Below, piece by piece: positions 56,267 to 64,000 of a DNA stretch of 64,000 nt. Both the position numbers and the translations under genes were made by a program. Under the pieces are notes generated by a model. The model saw nothing but the letters and a program-made list of their open reading frames with translations. It did not search any database and was not told the DNA's origin. Numbering within the stretch: position 1 is the first letter of the stretch; every line of letters starts with the position of its first letter. Source of the DNA: Candidatus Latescibacterota bacterium (lineage in GTDB: Bacteria > Latescibacterota > UBA2968 > UBA8231); NCBI GenBank assembly GCA_965208105.1, contig OZ242318.1:3584001-3648000 (forward strand). Direction: 5' to 3'.

Positions 56267-57154
56267 TCAGGGCCTTGCCTTGGTGTCGAGATACTTGAAA
56301 AGCTCGTTGTCGGCCGGCAGCATGAGGGTGGTGTTGCGATCGATTATGAGGTCGTAGCTGTCGAGGGCGCGGACGAACTTGTAGAACTCCGGATCCTTGC
56401 GGTAGGCCTTGCCCAGCAGGGCCATGGCCTCGGCCTCGGCCTCGCCCAGAATGGCGGTGGCCTCGGCGTGGGCGTCGGCGATCAGCTTCTCGTGCTCGTT
56501 GATGGCCAGGGCCTCGATGCGCAGGGCCATCTCCTCGCCCTCGCTGCGATAGCGGGCGGCGATGCGCGCGCGCTCGGCGATCATGCGGCGGATGACGCTG
56601 GGCCGGTTCTCCACCGGCAGGGTGTACTCGACGATCCCCGCCTCCATTACCTCGATCCCGTAGCTCTCCCTGGCGACGGGGGCGATTCTGGCGAGAATCG
56701 CCCGGGAGGCCTCGTTGAGGTCCTCGTGCTCCAGCCCCAGTCCGATGAAGGCGTCGAGGGACTTGTTGCTGATGATGATTCCGCTGCTGGAAAGGTAGAG
56801 GTCCTGCAGCCGCTCCACCGCGCTCTGGCCGGTGCGGATCGCCTCGACGAAGAGAATGGGGTCCACGGTGCGCCAGAGCAGGTAGCCGTCGACGAGGATG
56901 CTCTTCTGGTCTTCGGTGATCAGCTCGTGGGGGATTCCGGTCAGGGTGTGAATGCGGCGGTCGACCTTGTAGATCTTCGAAATGGGGCGCGGCCACTTCA
57001 GGTGAAACCCGGGCTGCCGCACGGGGGGAGAAATCTTGCCGAAGTGAGTCAACACCCCCTGCTGGGTCTCGTTGACGATGTAAAAACTGTCGTAGGCGAT
57101 GGCGGCGGCGATGGCGATGATGGCCGCGGTGATCGTCTTTCTCTTCAGCTTCAT
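56267..57154 (-). CDS. HflC-like SPFH (band 7) protein
   Basis: FYIVNETQQGVLTHFG, PGFHLK.P, RMIAERAR.A...RSEG, G.AEA, DPEFYKF.R.L..Y. Confidence 0.92.
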   Translation of the reverse strand: MKLKRKTITAAIIAIAAAIAYDSFYIVNETQQGVLTHFGKISPPVRQPGFHLKWPRPISKIYKVDRRIHTLTGIPHELITEDQKSILVDGYLLWRTVDPILFVEAIRTGQSAVERLQDLYLSSSGIIISNKSLDAFIGLGLEHEDLNEASRAILARIAPVARESYGIEVMEAGIVEYTLPVENRPSVIRRMIAERARIAARYRSEGEEMALRIEALAINEHEKLIADAHAEATAILGEAEAEAMALLGKAYRKDPEFYKFVRALDSYDLIIDRNTTLMLPADNELFKYLDTKARP

Positions 57155-59445
57155 TGCCCTTTACTCCCGTGGTGTCGGTCCCCGCCGGCCGCCCGGGCAT
57201 TGCTCTTCTTCCACAGGGCGACCTTCTCGAGGCTCTTCTTGTTGGGCACGATGATCTTGGGGTTGCCGGCCAGGGCGGTCTCCAGCTTCTCCCGCCACAG
57301 CATGTTGCGCAGGACCCCGGGGGCGCTGCGCACGGCGTCGGACACGAGGGAGATGGCCTCGGCCTCGGCCGCCGAGGTCTTCACCTTCCGGTAGGCCTCG
57401 CCCTCCGCCTGCTCCACCTCCCACTCGGCGTTGCCGTGCGCCTGGGGGATCAGGGCTACCAGGAAGCGCTGGGCGTTGACGATGATCCGCTCGCGGTCCT
57501 CCTGGGCGCTCGATACGTCCCGGAAGGCGCTGACCGTCTCGGCCACCGGCTTGATTTCCAGCAGGTTCACCTTGACCAGGTCCACGGTCCTGAGCACCGG
57601 GTTCTCCAGGTGGATGTCGGAGGCGAAGGACTCGGTGATGTGCTCTTCCAGGGTTACGCGATGGACGTTGAGCAGTTGTTCCAGATCCCGGGCGGACACG
57701 AAGGAACGCAGGTGGGCCTTGACCACGTCCGTTATGATCTTCTCCGGGCTGGTGGTGCGGTAATGATACTCGTAGGGGTCCTCGACCCGGTACTGCACGT
57801 TGACGGTGAGGGTGAGGAGGTTGAGGTCTCCGGACACGTAGTCGTGGGGGGCGTCGCTCATTATGGACTTCACCTCCCGCACCGGCCACTTGTCCACCTG
57901 GACGAAGGGCCGGGGGGCGAGGTAGTGCAGGCCGGGCTGCAGGTCGCGCCAGTGGACCTTGCCGAAGAGCAGGCCATAGCCCACCGATCCGGGAGGCACG
58001 GTGGTGAAGCCGCTACCCAGAAACAGGACCAGGGCCAGGGCCCAGAGGATCAGCCCCAAGGGCGCGGCGGGAGAGACGACGCCCCAGGCCGAACGGCTGC
58101 GGGTCAGACGGCGCCAGGTCCGGCGCCAGGGCCGGGACAGAGGCCGGAGATTGAGCAACAGGTCCTCCCAGCCGCTGCGCATGGCCCCGGCGCGGAAGCG
58201 CCAGACGATAAGGGCGATGAGGACAAAGGCGCCTCCCCATTGCATGAACTGCAGGGTGGGCGAGTCCGAGGCGACGAGATTCACCGAGATGCTCAGGCCG
58301 GCGGCGAGGAGCAGAATGTCGATCAGGATGCCGAGGGCGGCGGTGACCGCGATGACCGCGGTGACGTAGATGGAAGCGAAGCGGGCGCCGAACTGGCTGA
58401 CGATGATGGCGATGGTTCCCGTGTTGGTGGCCGGACCGGTCATGAGAAAGATCAGCGCCGCGCCCGGGCTGACCCCCTTGGCCACCAGGGCGGCGGCGAT
58501 GGGGGTGCTGGCGGATGCGCAGATGTAGAGCGGAATGCCGATGAGCACCATGACGGGATAGGCCAGCCAGCGGGCGTACTCGTGGGCCATCAGGTCGCCG
58601 GGGATGACCAGGAAGAGCACTCCTCCCAGGGCCACTCCCACCAGCAGGGCGAAGAGGATGTCGTCGGCAATCTCGACGAAACCGTAGCGGAAGATGTGCT
58701 TGACGACCCGCCTGAAGTCCAGCTCCGGGTGGTCGGCCGGGGCGGCGGAGGAATCGTCCGCTGCGCCCTGCGCGGCAAGGGACTCGCGGTAGAAGTCCGG
58801 CTTCACCCAGGATGTGGTCTTCCAGCGGCCGGCCGCCAATGCGACTGCCTTCAACCAGTGAACGGTGAGCCTCTTCAGCATCGAGGGGCTGACGTAGCAG
58901 TCGTCACTGTCGGCGATGAGAGCCTCATGGCCGTGGTCGTGATTGTGGTCGTGATCATGGTCGTGTTCGTCATGCTCATGGCCGTGATCGTCATGGCCGG
59001 CCTCTGATTCGTCCCCTTTTCTGATGAGGCCGATGCAGAAGATGCCGGCGACGACCGCGGTGATGAAGCTGATCACGGGCCGCACGATGGCGACGACCCA
59101 TCCGAAGAAGGCGTTGGTGACCAGGATGGAGTCGGCCCCTGTTTCAGGGGCGGTTATGAGAAAGGACATGCAGGAGGAACGGGAGGCGCCCTTGCGGCGC
59201 ATCTCGGCAACCACCGGAACCACGGAGCAGCTGCACAGGGGCACCGGTACGCCGATGGCCGAGCTCATGCTGACCGACTTCAGGCTGTCTTCGCGGAGCC
59301 AGCGCAGAATGGCCTGGCGGGATATGAATACATGGATCAGGCCGGAGAGGAACAGCCCCAGAAGCAGCATGGGGGCCAGCAGCAGGAAGGACGACCAGAG
59401 GAAATCGAAGAACCTGGTGAATATGTCAAGGAAGCTCAGGGCCAA
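57151..59445 (-). CDS. DUF318/ArsP-type (SO_0444-like) metal permease with a His-rich loop, fused to a C-terminal HflK-like SPFH domain
   Basis: Permease motifs PLCSCSVVP, FLITAPETG, PLYICASASTPIA and GPATN; 11 His in 23 residues (58927-58995). Then a TM helix and HflK motifs SGFTTV, PGLHY, SGDLN and AFRDV.SA.ED.ER. Single uninterrupted ORF; GGAGG RBS before the TTG start. Confidence 0.9.
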   Translation of the reverse strand: MALSFLDIFTRFFDFLWSSFLLLAPMLLLGLFLSGLIHVFISRQAILRWLREDSLKSVSMSSAIGVPVPLCSCSVVPVVAEMRRKGASRSSCMSFLITAPETGADSILVTNAFFGWVVAIVRPVISFITAVVAGIFCIGLIRKGDESEAGHDDHGHEHDEHDHDHDHNHDHGHEALIADSDDCYVSPSMLKRLTVHWLKAVALAAGRWKTTSWVKPDFYRESLAAQGAADDSSAAPADHPELDFRRVVKHIFRYGFVEIADDILFALLVGVALGGVLFLVIPGDLMAHEYARWLAYPVMVLIGIPLYICASASTPIAAALVAKGVSPGAALIFLMTGPATNTGTIAIIVSQFGARFASIYVTAVIAVTAALGILIDILLLAAGLSISVNLVASDSPTLQFMQWGGAFVLIALIVWRFRAGAMRSGWEDLLLNLRPLSRPWRRTWRRLTRSRSAWGVVSPAAPLGLILWALALVLFLGSGFTTVPPGSVGYGLLFGKVHWRDLQPGLHYLAPRPFVQVDKWPVREVKSIMSDAPHDYVSGDLNLLTLTVNVQYRVEDPYEYHYRTTSPEKIITDVVKAHLRSFVSARDLEQLLNVHRVTLEEHITESFASDIHLENPVLRTVDLVKVNLLEIKPVAETVSAFRDVSSAQEDRERIIVNAQRFLVALIPQAHGNAEWEVEQAEGEAYRKVKTSAAEAEAISLVSDAVRSAPGVLRNMLWREKLETALAGNPKIIVPNKKSLEKVALWKKSNARAAGGDRHHGSKGQ

Positions 59446-59499
59446 TCAGCGACCTCCAGTTAAAAAAGCCAATCGAAGCTGCAACTGACTGTTGGGCAA

Positions 59500-59590
59500 C
59501 CAAATGAATTCCAATGTTACAGAAGTATTAGAGACCAGTTAATATAGTTAACTATTGTTGTTTATACCGTCTTTTTTTCGTGAAGAAATT
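59500..59590 (-). promoter_or_regulatory. AT-rich promoter region with a 12-bp perfect palindrome (candidate metalloregulator site)
   Basis: ATAGTTAACTAT at 59544-59555, overlapping the direct repeat AGTTAA-tat-AGTTAA (59537-59551). Strongly AT-rich against GC-rich flanks. Confidence 0.5.
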
Positions 59591-59611
59591 ACAAGTCGAT
59601 GGCGCCGGAGC

Positions 59612-62600
59612 CTATGGCGCCGCGTCCCGGTCCACCTCCACCGCAAACCACTTGTAGAGCGCCGGCAGCACCAGCAAGGTCAGCACGGTGGAGCTGACCA
59701 GGCCGCCGACCACCACCGTCGCCAGAGGCCGTTGCACCTCGCTGCCGGTGCCGGTGGAGAACAGCAGGGGGATCAGCCCCAGGGCGGTAGTCAGGGCGGT
59801 CATGAGCACCGGCCTCACCCGCAGGCACGCCCCCCGGACCGAGACTTCGTCCAAGTCCACCCCCTCGCGGACGAGCTGGTTGAAGTAGGTCACCATCACC
59901 ATGCTGTTCCCCAGGGCGATGCCGAACAGGGCGATGAAACCCACTGAGGACGGCACCGAGAGGTTCTGCCCGGTCAGCCACAGGGCAACCACACCGCCCA
60001 CCAGCGCCAGGGGAATGTTGAGCAGGATCAGCACCGCGTTCTTGAGCGAATTGAAGCTGGAGAACAGCAGCAGGAAGAGGGCGAACAGGGTGATGGGAAC
60101 GACGATGGCGAGGCGCCTGTTGGCCTCCTGCTGCAGGCGGAACTGGCCGCCCCAGGTCACCAGGTAGCCCGGCGGCAGCGCCACCTGTCCGGCGATGGCC
60201 TCCCGGGCCTCGCGGACGAAGGATCCCATGTCGCGGCCGCTGACGTTGCACTGGACGGTGATGAAGCGCTGGCTCTTCTCGCGGGTGATCTGGCGGGGGC
60301 CCACCACCTCCTCGATGCGGGCTAGTTGAGCCAGGGGGATCTGGAGGCCCATGGGGGACTGGACCAGGATCTGGGCGATGGCCTCGGGGCTGCTGCGGAA
60401 CCGGGGGGCGAAGCGCACCAGGATATCGAAGCGCCGGGTCCCTTCGAACACCTGACCCACCAGCTCGCCGCCGACCGCCGCCTGCACCACCTCCTGGACG
60501 TCGGCCACGTTGATGCCGTAGCGGGCGATGGCCTGGCGGTCGACCCCGATGAGCAGCTGGGGGGTGCCGCTGATCTGGTCCACCTGGACGTCGGCCGCTC
60601 CGGCTACCCCGCCGACCACCTGGGCGATTTCGTCGGCCTTGAGCTTGAGCACGTCGAGGTCGTCCCCGAAGAGCTTGACGGCCAGCTCGGCCCGCACTCC
60701 TTCCAAAAGCTCGTCCACGGTCATGGCGATGGGCTGGGTGAAGTTGGTCAGCACCCCGGGTATGTCCCCGAGCTCGGCGCGGACGAACTCGCGCAGCTCT
60801 TCCTGGCTGCCGGCGTTGCGCCACCGGTCCCTGGGCTCGAGCAGGAGAAACATCTCGGCGCTGTTGATGGGGTCGGTGTGGGCGCCCACTTCGCCGCGGC
60901 CGATGCGCGATACCGCGCCGGAAATTTCGGGGATCCGCAGCAGTCGCCGTTCCACCAGCATGGTGATCCGGGTGCTCTCCTCCAGGGATATGGAAGGGGC
61001 CATGGTCAGGCGCAGGACCATGGTGCCCTCCTGCAGGGCGGGCGTGAACTCCGACCCCAGGCGCGGGAAGATCACCATCCCGATAAGAAGGAGGATCCCC
61101 GCCGATCCCAGGGCCCAGAAGCGGTGGGCCACGAAGCGGGCGACCAGGGGCCGGTATGCGGCCACCAGCCGCCGCGTCATCCAGCTTTCCCCGGGGGGTG
61201 TGCCGTCATTGCCTGGCTTTGGCGGGCGCAGCACCAGGTTCGACAGTACCGGGGCCAGAAAGAGGGCGAAAACCAGGGAGCCCAGCATGGCCATGGCCAC
61301 GGTGTAGGCCAGGGGGCGGAAGGTCTTGCCCTCGACTCCCTGGAGAGTGAACAGGGGCAGGAACACGAGAATGATGATGAGGATGGCGAATACGATTGGA
61401 CGTCCCACCTCCACGCAGGCGCGGGCAACGGCCCTGCCGCGCTCCTCCTCCGCCTGCGGCTGGCGCAGCGCGCGGTCCACGTTCTCCACCACGACGATGG
61501 TGCCGTCCACCATCATGCCGATGGCGATGGCCAGGCCGCCGAGGGACATGAGGTTGGCCGAGAGGCCGAAGTAGTTCATCCCCAGGGTGGCGAACAACAC
61601 GGAAAAGGGAATGGACAGGGCGACCACAAGGCTGGGGCGGACGCTGCCCATGAAGAGGATGAGCACCAGGGTGACCAGGACGATGCCCTGCACCAGGGCA
61701 TCGGTGACGGTCTTGACGCAGGCGGCCACCAGGGTCTTCTGCTCGTAGTATGGCACCAGCCGCACCCCCTCGGGCAGGATGCTGTTGATCTCCTCCATCC
61801 TGGCCTCGACCCGCTCGATGACGGTGGAGGAGTTGGTGCCGAAGAGCTTTATCACCATGCCCGCCACCACCTCCTCCACTCCGTTGCGGGTCTGCACCCC
61901 GCGGCGGATGGCTCCGCCGATGCCCACCCGGGCAACCTGGTCGAGGAAGACGGGGGTCCCGTCGACGGCCTTGATCACGATGTTCTCGATGTCCTCCACG
62001 GTGGAGGCCAGGCCCACGGAGCGCACCACGTATTCCTCGGCGTCCTTCTCGATGAACTGGGCGCCGACGTTGAGATTGTTGGCCTCGATCTGGGCGATGA
62101 CGTCGCGCAGGGTCACCCCGTAGCGCAGCAGGGCATGGGGGTCCACCACCACCTGGAACTGCTTCTCGTGGCCGCCGATGCCGAGGATTTCAGTGACTCC
62201 GGGAACGGTCTGCAGATGGAACTTGACCAGCCAGTCCTGGATGGTGCGCAGCTCTTCGAGGGAGTAGTTGCCGGAGCTGTCCTCCAGGTAGTAGAAGAGG
62301 ACCAGGCCCATGCCCGTGGAAATAGGTCCCAGCGCCGGCTCGCCGAAGCCTTCGGGTATCTGTTCCCAGGCCTCGTGGAGGCGTTCGCTCACCAGTTGGC
62401 GGGCGAAGTAGATGTCCACCTCGTCGGCGAAGTAGATGTTGACCACCGAGAGGCCGAAGTTGGAGACGGAGCGGATGTTCTCGATGCCCGGCAGGCCGTT
62501 CATCACCGTCTCGATGGGGTAGGTGACGTAGGTTTCGATCTCTTCGGGAGCCAGACCTTCGGTGACGGTGAATACCTGGACCAGGTTGGGCGAGACGTCG

Positions 62601-62719
62601 GGGAAGGCGTCCACCGGAAGCTGGCGGTAGCTGAAATAGCCGCTGGCCACCACCACCGCTCCCAGGACCAGCATGAGCATGCGGTTGCGCAGGGCCAGGT
62701 GAACGACGCGCTCGATCAT
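59612..62719 (-). CDS. czcA: CzcA/CusA-family heavy-metal RND efflux permease
   Basis: LPVDAFPDVS, ARQLV.ERL, ANLMSLGG, EGKTFRPLA, RVRPVLMTA, GSEVQRPLATVVVGG. Confidence 0.93.
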   Translation of the reverse strand: MIERVVHLALRNRMLMLVLGAVVVASGYFSYRQLPVDAFPDVSPNLVQVFTVTEGLAPEEIETYVTYPIETVMNGLPGIENIRSVSNFGLSVVNIYFADEVDIYFARQLVSERLHEAWEQIPEGFGEPALGPISTGMGLVLFYYLEDSSGNYSLEELRTIQDWLVKFHLQTVPGVTEILGIGGHEKQFQVVVDPHALLRYGVTLRDVIAQIEANNLNVGAQFIEKDAEEYVVRSVGLASTVEDIENIVIKAVDGTPVFLDQVARVGIGGAIRRGVQTRNGVEEVVAGMVIKLFGTNSSTVIERVEARMEEINSILPEGVRLVPYYEQKTLVAACVKTVTDALVQGIVLVTLVLILFMGSVRPSLVVALSIPFSVLFATLGMNYFGLSANLMSLGGLAIAIGMMVDGTIVVVENVDRALRQPQAEEERGRAVARACVEVGRPIVFAILIIILVFLPLFTLQGVEGKTFRPLAYTVAMAMLGSLVFALFLAPVLSNLVLRPPKPGNDGTPPGESWMTRRLVAAYRPLVARFVAHRFWALGSAGILLLIGMVIFPRLGSEFTPALQEGTMVLRLTMAPSISLEESTRITMLVERRLLRIPEISGAVSRIGRGEVGAHTDPINSAEMFLLLEPRDRWRNAGSQEELREFVRAELGDIPGVLTNFTQPIAMTVDELLEGVRAELAVKLFGDDLDVLKLKADEIAQVVGGVAGAADVQVDQISGTPQLLIGVDRQAIARYGINVADVQEVVQAAVGGELVGQVFEGTRRFDILVRFAPRFRSSPEAIAQILVQSPMGLQIPLAQLARIEEVVGPRQITREKSQRFITVQCNVSGRDMGSFVREAREAIAGQVALPPGYLVTWGGQFRLQQEANRRLAIVVPITLFALFLLLFSSFNSLKNAVLILLNIPLALVGGVVALWLTGQNLSVPSSVGFIALFGIALGNSMVMVTYFNQLVREGVDLDEVSVRGACLRVRPVLMTALTTALGLIPLLFSTGTGSEVQRPLATVVVGGLVSSTVLTLLVLPALYKWFAVEVDRDAAP

Positions 62720-62740
62720 GGGTCTGTTCCCCTCCGCACC

Positions 62741-63970
62741 TCAGTGCGAGTGGCCGTCTCCGAAAGCCCCTTTGGCCAACTGGGATTTGAGGATGAAGGC
62801 GCCGCGGGCGACGTAGGACTGCCCCGGCTCCAGACCGGCGACAATCTCGGAGTGGGTGGAGTTGCTGCGGCCGACGCGGACGGGGTGGGGAACGAATCCT
62901 TCGCCGGTTTCGACGAAGACCACGGCATGATCATCGATGGTCTGAACGGCCGATCCCGGCACCAGGACGGGCACCTGGACCGCATCCCCCGAGATGGTCG
63001 CGGTGACGAAGGAACCTGGACGCCAGCGGCCCTCCGGGTTGCGCAGCTCGATGCGCACCGGGGCGGTGCGGGTGGCCTCGTCCACGATGGGGCTGATGTA
63101 GTCCACCGAAGCCGTGGTCGACGGGCCACCCTGCCCGGCCTCGATGTGCACGGTCTGGCCGACGCGCAGGAAGGGCAGGTCCTTCTGGTAGGCGGTCAAC
63201 ATCACCCACACCGAGCGCAGGTCGGCCACCACGAAGGCCTCTGAGTCTTCCTGCAGGACCTCGCCCCGGACGATGTGCTTGCTGATGACGGTGCCTGAAA
63301 GGGGAGCCGTCATCGGGTAGCGGGTGAAGCGCTCGCCGTCTTCGAAGGACAGCCCGGCCAGGTAGTCGCCGGAAAATCCCAGGGACTGCAGCTTCTGCTC
63401 GGCCGCCTGCAGCTCGATGAGAGCCTCGGCCAGTCCGTTCCTGGCCTCCTGGAACTGCCGCTCCGAGGAGATGGACTGGTCCCAAAGCGATTTCTCCCGC
63501 TCGAAGGTGGCTCGCGCAAGCTCCAGCCGCTCCCGGGAAACAAGGTAGGCCGATTTCAGCTCCGACAGCTCGGGGCTGTCGAGCACCGCCAGGACCTGGC
63601 CTCGCTGCACCGGGTCGCCGATATTGGCGTGGATATCCCGGGCAACCCCCCCAATCCGGGGAACGATGTGGGCCACCAGATCGGGATTGACCTGCACCTC
63701 GCCGGGGGTATGAATCTGAACCGCCAGGCGGCCGGCGGCGGCCTCTGCGACCTCGATGCCGAACTCGGTCCGTTCCGCGGCGCTCAGGCGAATTCCCTCC
63801 TCGGGGTCCTTCCCTCCTTCTCCGGCGTGACCTTCCTCCTCGTGGTGGCCCCCCTCCTCCGCCCAGGCCGGACCTTCCAGGAAAGAAACGGCAGCACGCT
63901 CTCCCGGGGCCGAAAGAGCCGTCTGCAATGCGATGAATCCCAGGACCGCGATGTGGACTCGCATTCTCAT
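62741..63970 (-). CDS. czcB: CzcB-family periplasmic adaptor (membrane fusion protein)
   Basis: His/Glu-rich N-terminus (GHHEEEGH), IVPRIGG, APLSGTV, VADL..VWV, VDEATRT; C-terminus GDGHSH. Confidence 0.9.
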   Translation of the reverse strand: MRMRVHIAVLGFIALQTALSAPGERAAVSFLEGPAWAEEGGHHEEEGHAGEGGKDPEEGIRLSAAERTEFGIEVAEAAAGRLAVQIHTPGEVQVNPDLVAHIVPRIGGVARDIHANIGDPVQRGQVLAVLDSPELSELKSAYLVSRERLELARATFEREKSLWDQSISSERQFQEARNGLAEALIELQAAEQKLQSLGFSGDYLAGLSFEDGERFTRYPMTAPLSGTVISKHIVRGEVLQEDSEAFVVADLRSVWVMLTAYQKDLPFLRVGQTVHIEAGQGGPSTTASVDYISPIVDEATRTAPVRIELRNPEGRWRPGSFVTATISGDAVQVPVLVPGSAVQTIDDHAVVFVETGEGFVPHPVRVGRSNSTHSEIVAGLEPGQSYVARGAFILKSQLAKGAFGDGHSH

Positions 63971-64000
63971 TCTCCTTGGGGATGGGTGGGCGGGGGAGCG

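Noticed and set aside
60326-63244. Long antisense or off-frame ORFs (972 aa here; also 9554-11557, 46846-48642, 57154-59007)
   Set aside because: They are shadows of well-supported genes in high-GC DNA, with no motifs of their own.

Overview
A GC-rich bacterial chromosome segment from an organism with an outer membrane (Omp85 barrels, RND pumps, lipoprotein). It holds about 48 CDSs and two pseudogene remnants; I saw no rRNA, tRNA or CRISPR array. Left to right: an RND pump plus a tandem ABC exporter pair; a small GNAT / hypothetical / dead-Nudix patch; housekeeping and catabolic genes (glcF, murB with a 1-nt frameshift, hydroxyacid-oxoacid transhydrogenase, SDR, HAD, xylA, TPR protein); a visibly lower-GC envelope block (~16.3-26.7 kb) with an IS481 remnant; a sulfatase / FG-GAP / amidohydrolase operon; a Liv-type ABC importer; sugar-catabolic genes (galM, GH88, fucU, enolase-family dehydratase, transketolase-like enzyme with GEF instead of GDG); and a minus-strand metal-homeostasis locus. 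There are two candidate undescribed systems. (1) At 52.3-64 kb, czcBA-like genes precede a His-rich DUF318/ArsP-type permease fused in frame to an HflK-like SPFH domain, followed by HflC-like and HflK-like genes, an orphan periplasmic binding protein, a small membrane protein and a ZIP transporter; this suggests a metal permease built into an SPFH cage. (2) At 19.8-26.7 kb, a patatin-POTRA-Omp85 gene and an atypical-kinase-like-Omp85 gene are followed by DUF4956 and an SdiA-regulated beta-propeller. All family calls come from motif recognition by eye; no database searches were run.
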